DNA of 32,498 nucleotides, taken from the NCBI GenBank assembly GCA_044337845.1, contig JBIIMU010000001.1, positions 1-32,498 of the forward strand, in the 5' to 3' direction. Origin of the DNA: Pirellulales bacterium. Its GTDB lineage: Bacteria; Planctomycetota; Planctomycetia; Pirellulales; UBA1268. The first letter of the stretch is position 1. Each line of letters begins with the position of its first letter. This document shows positions 24,275 through 31,920 of this stretch, piece by piece. The notes beneath the pieces are model-generated. The model worked only from the letters and a program-made list of their open reading frames with translations. It did no database searches and was not told the origin of the DNA. The translations under genes were made by a program, and so were the position numbers.

Positions 24275-24281
24275 CGATGCC

Positions 24282-26714
24282 ATGCTGTCTCGGGGTGTTG
24301 CGGTCAACAGGGTCGCCGTGGCGGTGCTGGCCGCCGTCGTTTCCATGCCCGCGGGATCGTGGGCGTGGGGTCAGTATCTCGTGACCTCGTTCGAGACCCC
24401 CGCCGATCTCTTCACGCCGTTGTCGAGTCCCCCGCCCGCGGGAACGCCCACGGTGGCCCTTTCGTCGCAGTACGGCGTGACGCAGGGCAGCAACAGCATG
24501 GAGGTCGTGCCCACGGGCTACACCTGGGAGTGGCTCACGAAGAGCTTCGGCCCGGAGACCTACGCAGAGTGGTTCAACCACCAGACGCTGGCCTTTGACT
24601 TCACGCGCGTGACCACGACGGCCGGCAACTTCGAGCTCGTCGGCGCGATCAACGCCCCAACCACGGGCACGAACGGCTGGAATCAGAAGCAGCTCGTCAA
24701 CTGGGCCTGGACCAACGGCGGACAGAACACCACGCAGACCCTCACCTGGGACTACGGTGGCATTCTCGCCACGTCGCCGTCGCCGGGGTCTGGAACGTCG
24801 GCCGACTTTTGGCAGTTGAGCTTCGTGGCGCGGACCAATCCGACCTACGCGCCGCAGTACGGCTACATCGACAACATCCGATTCATCAATCCCGTCACCC
24901 CGCAGGAGTATGTCTGGTCAGGCAATGGCTCGACCGCGGGCGGATCCGGCTTCTGGAGCACCGTGTTCCAGGATCCCACGTGGCTCGCCAATGGCCAGGG
25001 AAGCGGTGTGGAGTGGGATTCCTACAAGAAGGCCGTGTTCCGCTCGACGGGCGGCACGGTCTCCGTGTCGGGGACGGTGGTGGCCCGCAACGGCATGCAG
25101 TTCGACAACTCCGGGTTCACGATCGTCTCCGACACCACACCCGCGTTCGCGGGGAGGGTCCAGTTGGCCGGGGCGAGCCCGGCGAGCAATCCGATCGCGG
25201 TTGCCTCGGGGGCGACCGCCACGGTGAGCCTGCCGCTCATCGGCACGAGCGGATTCACGAAGACGGGCGCGGGCACGCTCGTGCTCGACGGCATGAGCAC
25301 CGTGACGGGCAGCGCCGTCGTGGCGGGTGGCACCATCGTCGACACCGCCGGTCGCGGGCTGGCCGACGCCACGATCGTGGTCGCACCCGGGGGCACCTAC
25401 GCCACGCCGAGCGGCGTGGCGCTCGAGAGCAACGAACTGAGGCTCGCGGGCGGCACGCTCGCCGTGCAGAAACTCAACGTGACCACCGGCCTCAACCTTC
25501 CGGTGGTGATCAACGATTTCGAGACCGTCGGCGACCTTTACGACCCGACGGCAAGCATGACGAACATTTCGCTCTCGACCACGACGGGCGTGACGAGCGG
25601 CAGCGGGGCGATGGCGATGACCTGGACGCAGGGCAGCGACTACTCGTGGACCTTCAAGACCTATAGCAAGGAGGCGCTCGACGCCTGGAAGGCGCACAAG
25701 GTGCTGGCCATCGACGTCACCCAGGTCAACTCGGGCACCGGCGGCGGCAACATCGCGGGCAATGTGGCGTTCAACGGGCCGATGGGCTGGAACCAGACCG
25801 GCAACTCCACGTACCCGCGATTCATCAGTTATCCGTGGCTCGCCGGTGGCGGCTCCTCGACCACAACGTACTACTGGGACTATTCGGCGATCACCGCTTC
25901 CGGGACCGACGAATATCTGCAGGTGAACCTGGCCGGCGCGATGGGGGGCGCCTGGGATCCGCAGCAGGTCTATTTCGACAACATGCGGGTGCTCGATCCG
26001 GTGCTGCCGGCCGCGGTCGGGATCGGCACGTTCGTGGTCGAATCGGGCACGCTCGCGGGCACGCCCGACCTCGCGGTCTTCAACGGCGGCCGCATGTCGA
26101 TGCCGTCGAATCGACAGGTCGCCCTCTCCGTCAACTCGCTGGCGGTGGCGGAGACCGACGACGAGCCTGCCGGCGGCGGCCGGATCGACCTTGGTGCCGG
26201 TCGGATCACGGTGGCCCCGGGCGGCATCACACCCGAGGGGCTCGTGGCGGACATCATTGCCGGCAGAGGCGACGGCGGGTGGAACGGCGCCACCGGCATC
26301 ACGTCATCCCTGGCGGCGGCCGAGGCGGCGTCGTCGATCCCGCGTGCCGTGGGCTGGCTCGACGATGGCTCGTCCGGAATCACGGTCTCCTATGCGGCGC
26401 CTGGCGACAGCAACGTCGATCTGCAGGTCGACATTCTCGACGCGGCCAACTTTCTGGCCGGCGGCAAGTTCGACACCGGGTCGCCGGCTGTCTGGAGCCA
26501 GGGCGACTTCGGTTACGACGGGATCGTGGACATCCTCGATGCCGCCGACTTCTTCGCCACGGGGCTGTACGACGCCGGCAGCTACCTGACGCTGCCGGCG
26601 GGCGGCGCCGCATCCGCCATCAATCCGGTGCCCGAGCCTGTCGCACCCCTGGCGGGCGTCACCGGGTTGTTCGTGGCCACGGCGCTGTTCGTCCGCCGTC
26701 GGACGGGCAGCTGA
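24282..26714 (+). CDS. large PEP-CTERM surface protein with duplicated N-terminal-type domain, beta-strand repeats and dockerin-like pair
   Basis: ORF 24219..26714 trimmed to ATG 24282. The signal peptide is MLSRGVAVNRVAVAVLAAVVSMPAGSWA. Other modules are TKTGAGTLVLDGMSTVTGSAVVAGGT and GDSNVDLQVDILDAANFL...GDFGYDGIVDILD. The C-terminus is VPEPVAPLAGVTGLFVATALFVRRRTGS. Confidence 0.9.
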   Translation: MLSRGVAVNRVAVAVLAAVVSMPAGSWAWGQYLVTSFETPADLFTPLSSPPPAGTPTVALSSQYGVTQGSNSMEVVPTGYTWEWLTKSFGPETYAEWFNHQTLAFDFTRVTTTAGNFELVGAINAPTTGTNGWNQKQLVNWAWTNGGQNTTQTLTWDYGGILATSPSPGSGTSADFWQLSFVARTNPTYAPQYGYIDNIRFINPVTPQEYVWSGNGSTAGGSGFWSTVFQDPTWLANGQGSGVEWDSYKKAVFRSTGGTVSVSGTVVARNGMQFDNSGFTIVSDTTPAFAGRVQLAGASPASNPIAVASGATATVSLPLIGTSGFTKTGAGTLVLDGMSTVTGSAVVAGGTIVDTAGRGLADATIVVAPGGTYATPSGVALESNELRLAGGTLAVQKLNVTTGLNLPVVINDFETVGDLYDPTASMTNISLSTTTGVTSGSGAMAMTWTQGSDYSWTFKTYSKEALDAWKAHKVLAIDVTQVNSGTGGGNIAGNVAFNGPMGWNQTGNSTYPRFISYPWLAGGGSSTTTYYWDYSAITASGTDEYLQVNLAGAMGGAWDPQQVYFDNMRVLDPVLPAAVGIGTFVVESGTLAGTPDLAVFNGGRMSMPSNRQVALSVNSLAVAETDDEPAGGGRIDLGAGRITVAPGGITPEGLVADIIAGRGDGGWNGATGITSSLAAAEAASSIPRAVGWLDDGSSGITVSYAAPGDSNVDLQVDILDAANFLAGGKFDTGSPAVWSQGDFGYDGIVDILDAADFFATGLYDAGSYLTLPAGGAASAINPVPEPVAPLAGVTGLFVATALFVRRRTGS

Positions 26715-27080
26715 CCGCGCCGCCCGCGGAGGAGGTGTCCAGGGGGCGAATCAGTCCGGAAATCAGGCCTTCTCGCGTGGTGCCGCGGCGACCGGTTGAC
26801 CGGCGCCGCGGTGCCGGCGAACGGTTGGCCGTGCCGCGGCGGGCACGACGGTCACACGCCCGACCGCACGCCGCCGGCACCGTTCTCGGAAGACGAGTTG
26901 CTGGGTTCTTCGCCTCTTCGCGAAGCCCCGGCGCAGCGTAGGCCGACCGCGATCGCGCACCCGCGAGGGTGCGGGATCGCCCCTGGTCCTGTCGTCGCGC
27001 CGGAAAGCACGTCGGTGCGCCCCGTGGGTGCAACGGATGCCGTCGAGTCTCACTGATTCGCGGAGGTCTGCTCATGTTTC

Positions 27081-27400
27081 ATGCTCACCTGCTTTTCTCG
27101 TCGTCTGGGTCTGGCGTTCGCGGCGGGCCTGGCGGCCGTCGCAGCCATGACACTCGGTTCACCGGCATCAGCCACGGTCGTCCTGTCCGGATCGGGAACG
27201 GGCGTCAACCCGATCTCGGCGATGGCGATCTTCACCTTCGGCACCGGCACGGCAGCCGACCACCTCGACGTGGCGCTCATCAACACCTCGACGGTGCCCA
27301 CGCGGTATCCGGCCGACGTGCTCACGAGCCTCTACTTCGACATCAAGAGCGTGTCGATGAGCGGCACCATGCGTCCGAACCTGACCTACGAAGGGGCTAG
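27081..27400 (+). pseudogene. small secreted protein gene whose 3' end is interrupted by the IS element
   Basis: ATG 27081 with signal peptide MLTCFSRRLGLAFAAGLAAVAAMTLGSPASA and high GC3. The current ORF reads into the IS and stops at 27446. After precise IS excision it would run 10 more codons (…EGASAPPWAGAG*). Confidence 0.5.
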
Positions 27401-28888
27401 CAGGCCGTGGCCAAAGTCGGCTTCGCATGCTGTGAGAGGGCGCTAAACTCCTGCGATCGGGCTTGGCTCGCGGATCTGCAGACCCAGGAGGGGACATGGC
27501 ACTCGGGAAGCGACGCCGGGAGCGGCAGATGGAGGCCTTCGTCGCGGCCTCCGACCTGCCGAAGTCCCCCGGCCATCCGTTCTATACGGCTCTGAATCTG
27601 CTGCTGGCGGAGAACGGCTTCGACGCGTTGGTCGAGAAGCTGTGTGCTCCCTACTACGCCGAGACGATGGGGCGGCCGGGCGTGCCGCCCGGCGTCTTCT
27701 TCCGGATGCTCTTCGTCGGGTACTTCGAGGGCCTGAAGTCGCATCGAGCGATCTCGTGGCGGTGCACCGACAGCCGGTCCCTCGGCGAGTTCCTCGGGCT
27801 TGCCCCCACGGATCCCGTGCCGAACCACTCCTGCGTGAGCAAGACGCACAAGCGTCTGCCGAAGGAGGTCTTTGACGAGGTCTTCCGCTTCATTCTCTCT
27901 GTCGCGGCCCACAAGGGCCTGTTGTGGGGCGAGGCGATCGGCATCGATTCGACGACGATCCAGGCCAACGCTTCGATGCGGACGATCGTCCGAAAGGACT
28001 CCGGAAAAGGCTGGAAGGACTACACCAAGAAGCTCGCGAAGAAGGCAGGCCTCGATGATCCGACCGACGACGAACTGCGGCAGTTCGACCGGAATCGCCC
28101 GGGAAAGAAGGTCTCCAACGATGATTGGGAGAACCCGCACGATCCTGACGCGACGATCACGCGGATGAAGGACGGCACGACACGGATGGCCTACAAGGTC
28201 GAGCACGCCGTCGATCTCGACACCGACATCGTGGTGTCCACGACGGTCCACACCGGAACCGCACCTGACACGGCCACGATCATCGACACAGCAATCGATG
28301 CGGCAGTGAATGCTGAGCAGGCAGGAGCCGACAACGAAATCGAATCGATTGTCGCCGACAAGGGCTATCACTCGACGAAAGTAGTCACGCTCGCCACCGA
28401 CCTCGGAATGCGAGCCTACATCCCTGAGCGTGCTTCTCCGCAGCAGCGTCGCTGGGTCGACAAGGATCCGAAAGAGAAGCGTGCCGTCTATCTGGCCCGT
28501 AGGCGCACGAAGAGCGACCGAGGCAAGCAACTCAGCAGGCTTCGCAGCGAACTCACCGAACGTTCCTTCGCTCACGTCTGCGATACCGGCGGGGCGAGAC
28601 GAACGTGGTTGCGAGGACTCACGAGCGTTGCGAAGCGGCACCTGATGATGGTCGCGGCGAGGAATCTCTCGACGATCATGCGAGCGATCATCGGAATCGG
28701 CGGTCCGAGGAGCCTCCAGGGCCTCCGCGCCCTTCTGCAAACCACCTGGACTCAACTCGACCGGCTCATATCGGCGTTGGAACAGCTTATGGTGGCGGTG
28801 GCCGGATATGGGCCGAACCGATCCACGGCCATCGGCGGCTGACGATCACGCCATCAGCGACACGAAAACCGACTTCGGCCACGGCCTG
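27401..28888 (+). mobile_element. IS element, IS5/IS1182-type, flanked by CTAG on both sides
   Basis: The terminal inverted repeats are caggccgtggccAaagtcggCttcg (27401-27425) and the reverse complement of 28863-28888, caggccgtggccGaagtcggTtttcg. CTAG lies at 27397-27400 and 28889-28892, a putative 4-bp target duplication. The element has a single transposase ORF and lower GC than its surroundings. Boundaries are uncertain by up to ~20 nt (see findings). Confidence 0.85.
27496..28842 (+). CDS. IS5/IS1182-family DDE transposase (DUF772 N-terminal domain)
   Basis: ORF 27463 (TTG)..28842 trimmed to ATG 27496, which has AGGAGGGG upstream. Blocks are GRPGVPPGVFFRMLFVGYFEGLKSHRAISWRCTDSRSLGEFLGL, AIGIDSTTIQANAS, MAYKVEHAVDLDT, IVADKGYHS and ERSFAH...GARRTWLRGL. 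Confidence 0.9.
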   Translation: MALGKRRRERQMEAFVAASDLPKSPGHPFYTALNLLLAENGFDALVEKLCAPYYAETMGRPGVPPGVFFRMLFVGYFEGLKSHRAISWRCTDSRSLGEFLGLAPTDPVPNHSCVSKTHKRLPKEVFDEVFRFILSVAAHKGLLWGEAIGIDSTTIQANASMRTIVRKDSGKGWKDYTKKLAKKAGLDDPTDDELRQFDRNRPGKKVSNDDWENPHDPDATITRMKDGTTRMAYKVEHAVDLDTDIVVSTTVHTGTAPDTATIIDTAIDAAVNAEQAGADNEIESIVADKGYHSTKVVTLATDLGMRAYIPERASPQQRRWVDKDPKEKRAVYLARRRTKSDRGKQLSRLRSELTERSFAHVCDTGGARRTWLRGLTSVAKRHLMMVAARNLSTIMRAIIGIGGPRSLQGLRALLQTTWTQLDRLISALEQLMVAVAGYGPNRSTAIGG

Positions 28889-29434
28889 CTAGCGCCCCTC
28901 CGTGGGCAGGCGCTGGTTGAGTTCAAAGCTCTGCAGGCTGCTCGACAGCCCGCCCGACACCGCGTTGAGCTCCGTGGTCGAGGGACAGCAGTAGATGCCG
29001 TGCGGCGTCTCGAGGTAGCCCCCCACCGTGCGCGGCAGCGACTCCTCCGCCTGGAAGCTCTGCACGCGGAGAAAGGTGAACTCGACCGCCCCGTCGTCGC
29101 CGGTGTGGCGGAAGAGGGAGAACCGCGGGCCCGCCGCCATGCCGGTCCCGAAGTCGGCGGCGTCGAGCACGCTCGCTCCGGAAAGATTCCCGAACAGCGG
29201 CACCGACTGCGGCGATCCCCGCCAGAGCAGCAGCGCCTCCGCGCGGCCGCTCCAGAGGGGATCCTGCCCCAGGGGGTCGAGCACGTGGGGCGGCAGGCAG
29301 CCGCACGCCGCGGGGCAGTCGATCGCCGCCGCCTCCTGCCCGAGAGCGAGGGCGGCCCGCATCGTCTCCGCCACCGCCGCCACCCACCACCACGACCCGC
29401 CGCCGCGCCGTCCGGTCACACGAATCCGTTCCAT
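28889..29434 (-). CDS. hypothetical protein resembling the N-terminal part of planctomycetal BBP7-type outer-membrane beta-barrel proteins
   Basis: ORF 28889..29548 trimmed to ATG 29434, which has GGGAGGA 9 nt upstream, and it has high GC3. The pattern AEALLLWRGSPQSVPLF...DFGTGMAAGPRFSLF...AVEFTFLRV...LQSFELNQR recalls that family from memory only. The stop TAG lies inside the CTAG abutting the IS. Confidence 0.5.
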   Translation of the reverse strand: MERIRVTGRRGGGSWWWVAAVAETMRAALALGQEAAAIDCPAACGCLPPHVLDPLGQDPLWSGRAEALLLWRGSPQSVPLFGNLSGASVLDAADFGTGMAAGPRFSLFRHTGDDGAVEFTFLRVQSFQAEESLPRTVGGYLETPHGIYCCPSTTELNAVSGGLSSSLQSFELNQRLPTEGR

Positions 29435-29614
29435 GGCCTCGGTTCCTCCCGCGAGGACGGGCGGCTCGAGGGCCGACGGCCACGTGCCGCCGGCCGGTGC
29501 CGGCTCCATCCGGCTCGGCCACCCTATCCCCCACAGCAAGGGAGTCACCGCGAGAGAGGGGTATCGGGTGGCGGGCGTCGGTTTCTCCAGTTGGCCCGGC
29601 CCGCCCAGCCTTCG

Positions 29615-30139
29615 TCAGCCGCGGAGCTCGCGGCGAAGCCGCCCGGGAGTCATGCCGGTCAGGCCGCGAAACACGCGGGTGAAGTGGCTCTGGGAATCGA
29701 AGCCGAGGTCGAGCGCCAGGGTGCACAGGGGCGTCGTCGAGGTGCGGATCCGGTCGAGTGCCCGGCGGACCCGCCGCTGGAGGATGAACTGGCCCAGGCT
29801 CATGCCGCACGAGCGGCGGAACTTCCGCGCGAAGTGCCCCGTCGAGAGACCGCTTTCCACGGCGCGGTCCTCGAGCGACGGGGGCGAGGCGAGGCTGTCT
29901 TCGACGCGGGCGATGAGCCTCGCCAGGATCGGCTCGGTGAAGCCCCCCTCATCGCGGTTCCAGTCGGACTGCCGCCCGGTCAACAGTTCCACGATCCGCA
30001 GGGCGAGCAGGTGGAAACGGTCGTCGTGGCGGTCGATCGCGGCGGCGGTCGTGCCGGCCACGTCGTCGGCCACGTCGAGGATCGCGCGCCGCAGGGCCGC
30101 GTCGCGAAACGTGTGCTGCCGTCCGCCTTCCCGCGTCAT
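29615..30139 (-). CDS. AraC-family regulator, HTH (DNA-binding) portion
   Basis: Frame of ORF 29615..30613 from ATG 30139. Both HTH units are present: ...LEDRAVESGLSTGHFARKFRRSCGMSLGQFILQRRVRRA... and ...LALDLGFDSQSHFTRVFRGLTGMTPGRLRREL. Confidence 0.75.
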   Translation of the reverse strand: MTREGGRQHTFRDAALRRAILDVADDVAGTTAAAIDRHDDRFHLLALRIVELLTGRQSDWNRDEGGFTEPILARLIARVEDSLASPPSLEDRAVESGLSTGHFARKFRRSCGMSLGQFILQRRVRRALDRIRTSTTPLCTLALDLGFDSQSHFTRVFRGLTGMTPGRLRRELRG

Positions 30140-30414
30140 GTGGCTCCCCGCCCCGTCGGCCGCTGTGGCGAGGGAGTGGTCGGGACCAGCAGGACGAACG
30201 ACCGCGTTGGACGGGCTGGCACGATCACGAACGCGTGGTCGCGGCCGTCGGCGGGCCAGAGGCCCACGTCGCCGACGCTCGTCTCGTAGCGCGTCTCGTG
30301 GCCACCGCTGTTCCAGCGGACCGTCGCATCCACGTGCACCACCAGTTTGATGCACTGGTGCGTGTTGCAGACGACGCACCGTCGGTTGGGCAACCGCGAC
30401 ATGGTTTCCTGCAT
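30136..30414 (-). CDS. AraC-type cupin (ligand-binding) portion in a different frame; stop overlaps the HTH-part ATG (ATGA)
   Basis: Frame of ORF 30136..30624 from ATG 30414. The sequence is MQETMSRLPNRRCVVCNTHQCIKLVVHVDATVRWNSGGHETRYETSVGDVGLWPADGRDHAFVIVPARPTRSFVLLVP..., with cupin-like beta strands as in AraC N-terminal domains. Confidence 0.45.
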   Translation of the reverse strand: MQETMSRLPNRRCVVCNTHQCIKLVVHVDATVRWNSGGHETRYETSVGDVGLWPADGRDHAFVIVPARPTRSFVLLVPTTPSPQRPTGRGAT

Positions 30415-30469
30415 GCCATACCGAGGGGGATTTGCTGGACCGGCCCTGGCCACTGCGGAGTACTTCACC

Positions 30470-30649
30470 ATGGATGCCAACGACGCCATCTTCCGCGCCC
30501 GGCTCGCAATAGCCGCGCTGGCCGCGATCAAGGAGGCGACCCGCTCGTTCGACGACGGCGAGGTCAACGTGTTCGAGACGCTGGCCGCGATCACCGCCGT
30601 CCGCGACGACCATCGCGAGCGCATCTGGCAGCGGCCCGAGGCAGCGTGA
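30470..30649 (+). CDS. small hypothetical protein (59 aa), divergent from the AraC gene
   Basis: ATG 30470 lies within ORF 30347..30649, with GGAG 9 nt upstream, and GC3 is very high. The sequence is MDANDAIFRARLAIAALAAIKEATRSFDDGEVNVFETLAAITAVRDDHRERIWQRPEAA. I recognise no family. Confidence 0.35.
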   Translation: MDANDAIFRARLAIAALAAIKEATRSFDDGEVNVFETLAAITAVRDDHRERIWQRPEAA

Positions 30650-30656
30650 CGGGTCT

Positions 30657-30775
30657 TCAGGAAGCGGCCTACGCGTGAGCGATGCGGACTGGCGGGACGG
30701 TCGTACCGCTTACGCGGTTACGCTTCCGGAGGACATCAGATAGCCGCCAGCGCGTGAGCGATGCGGACCTGCCGC
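30657..30775. repeat. REP-like two-hairpin intergenic repeat, locus C (1.5 units, diverged)
   Basis: The sequence is tcaggaagcggcctacgcgtgagcgatgcggactggcggg (30657-30696), acggtcgtaccgcttacgcggttacgcttcc (30697-30727), then ...tcagatagccgccagcgcgtgagcgatgcggacc (30736-30769). The locus lies between convergent stops at 30649 and 30802. Confidence 0.9.
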
Positions 30776-30801
30776 GTTGCGTGCACGCAGACGCCTGCCC
30801 G

Positions 30802-31698
30802 TCAGTCGGCCTGGAACACCCGCTTCAGGGTCCGCGCGTTGGCCCCGAAGTTGCCCACCACGTTGCGGGCGTCGGCCGCGTCCCGCGACCGCTCGATCAC
30901 CAGCCAGCCTCGCCAGCCCATGGCGTCGAGCGTGCGCCGCACGGCCGCGAGGTCGAGCTGCGGGTCGTGCTCCAGGAGCACGCCGTCGCGATTGCTCGCG
31001 TGGATCTGCCGGATGCGATCCGCCCCGAGCGTGCGGAGCTCGGCGAGCAGGTCGCGGCCGTTCTGCAGGGCATTGGCGAAGTTGAAACACGACTGCACCG
31101 CCGGCGAGCCAACCTCGTCGAGCAGTCGCGCCTCGCCCGCCGCGTCGAGCGCGGTCTCCACCCCGATCACCACGCCCGCGTCGGCCGCCCGCCGGCCGGC
31201 GTCCGCCAGCCGCTGCACGACCGCCGGCCGCAGGTGCGGATGGGCCACGAGGTCGCTCCGCACGCCGAGCGGCAGGAAGATCGTGGCCGTGCCCATCGCC
31301 ACCGCCGTGTCGATCGTGTCCTGCACCACGCGGTCGATGCCGTCGCGCTCGGCGAACGACTGGGCGTAGAAGCCCGACATCGCGATCGAGCAGATCCCGA
31401 CGCCGCGGGCCGCCGCCTCATCGAGAAACTGCTCGCGGATGCGCGGGTCGGCGAGCTTGTTGTCGAAGGTGGGGCGGTCGCCGAGCCCACCCATGTCCAC
31501 CTCCACCCCGTCGGCGCCGATCTCCGCGGCGAGCTTGAAGGCGCCGAGCTTTTGCCGCTTGAGGATCATCCAGTCGCAGACGCCCACGGGATAGCGCGGC
31601 AGCGCGGGGCCGGCCGCCGCCATCGGCCTGGGGAACGATCCAGCGGCGGCGGCGGCCGCTGCGAGCCAGCGGCGACGGGAGCAGGCGGGCATGGGCAT
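30802..31698 (-). CDS. sugar phosphate isomerase/epimerase (xylose-isomerase-like TIM barrel) with Tat signal
   Basis: ORF 30802..32496 trimmed to ATG 31698. The signal is MPMPACSRRRWLAAAAAAAGSF (twin-Arg). The TIM-barrel pattern is ...GADGVEVDMG..., IFLPLG, VIGVETAL, IRQIHASNRDG and GWRGWLVIERS. Confidence 0.85.
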   Translation of the reverse strand: MPMPACSRRRWLAAAAAAAGSFPRPMAAAGPALPRYPVGVCDWMILKRQKLGAFKLAAEIGADGVEVDMGGLGDRPTFDNKLADPRIREQFLDEAAARGVGICSIAMSGFYAQSFAERDGIDRVVQDTIDTAVAMGTATIFLPLGVRSDLVAHPHLRPAVVQRLADAGRRAADAGVVIGVETALDAAGEARLLDEVGSPAVQSCFNFANALQNGRDLLAELRTLGADRIRQIHASNRDGVLLEHDPQLDLAAVRRTLDAMGWRGWLVIERSRDAADARNVVGNFGANARTLKRVFQAD

Positions 31699-31920
31699 CT
31701 CCGGGAAAACACCCGGTTTTGTACGGGAAATCCGCCGGTTTCGCACCCTCCCGGAATCGAAGGTAGCGTTGCCTGGAGCCGCGGAATGGCCGCCGCGGAG
31801 CTGCCTCAGAACGGGGATTTTCCGGTGATTTCGCACTGGCTCCTGCGACGCGCGCTCGCCAGAATCCCCGCCCTCGAAGACGGGCGTGCGGCCCGTCTGC
31901 CACCGCCGCGGCAGCCGTCC

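Noticed and set aside
26715-27080. 366-nt gene-free GC-rich gap with ORFs 26796..27056 (+) and 26659..27075 (-)
   Set aside because: The translations are Arg/Pro-rich without motifs. The GC3 signal is weaker than in neighbouring genes and there is no RBS. It could be a decayed gene or a long 5' UTR of the 27081 ORF, but I cannot support a feature. The short GC palindromes (for example ccgcggcgaccgg…ccggcgccgcgg) are expected by chance at this composition.
27397-28755. 452-aa minus ORF inside the IS, and the plus ORF 28808..30289 (493 aa)
   Set aside because: The first is antisense to the transposase gene. The second runs antisense through the 28889..29434 and AraC genes with an R/G/P-rich translation.
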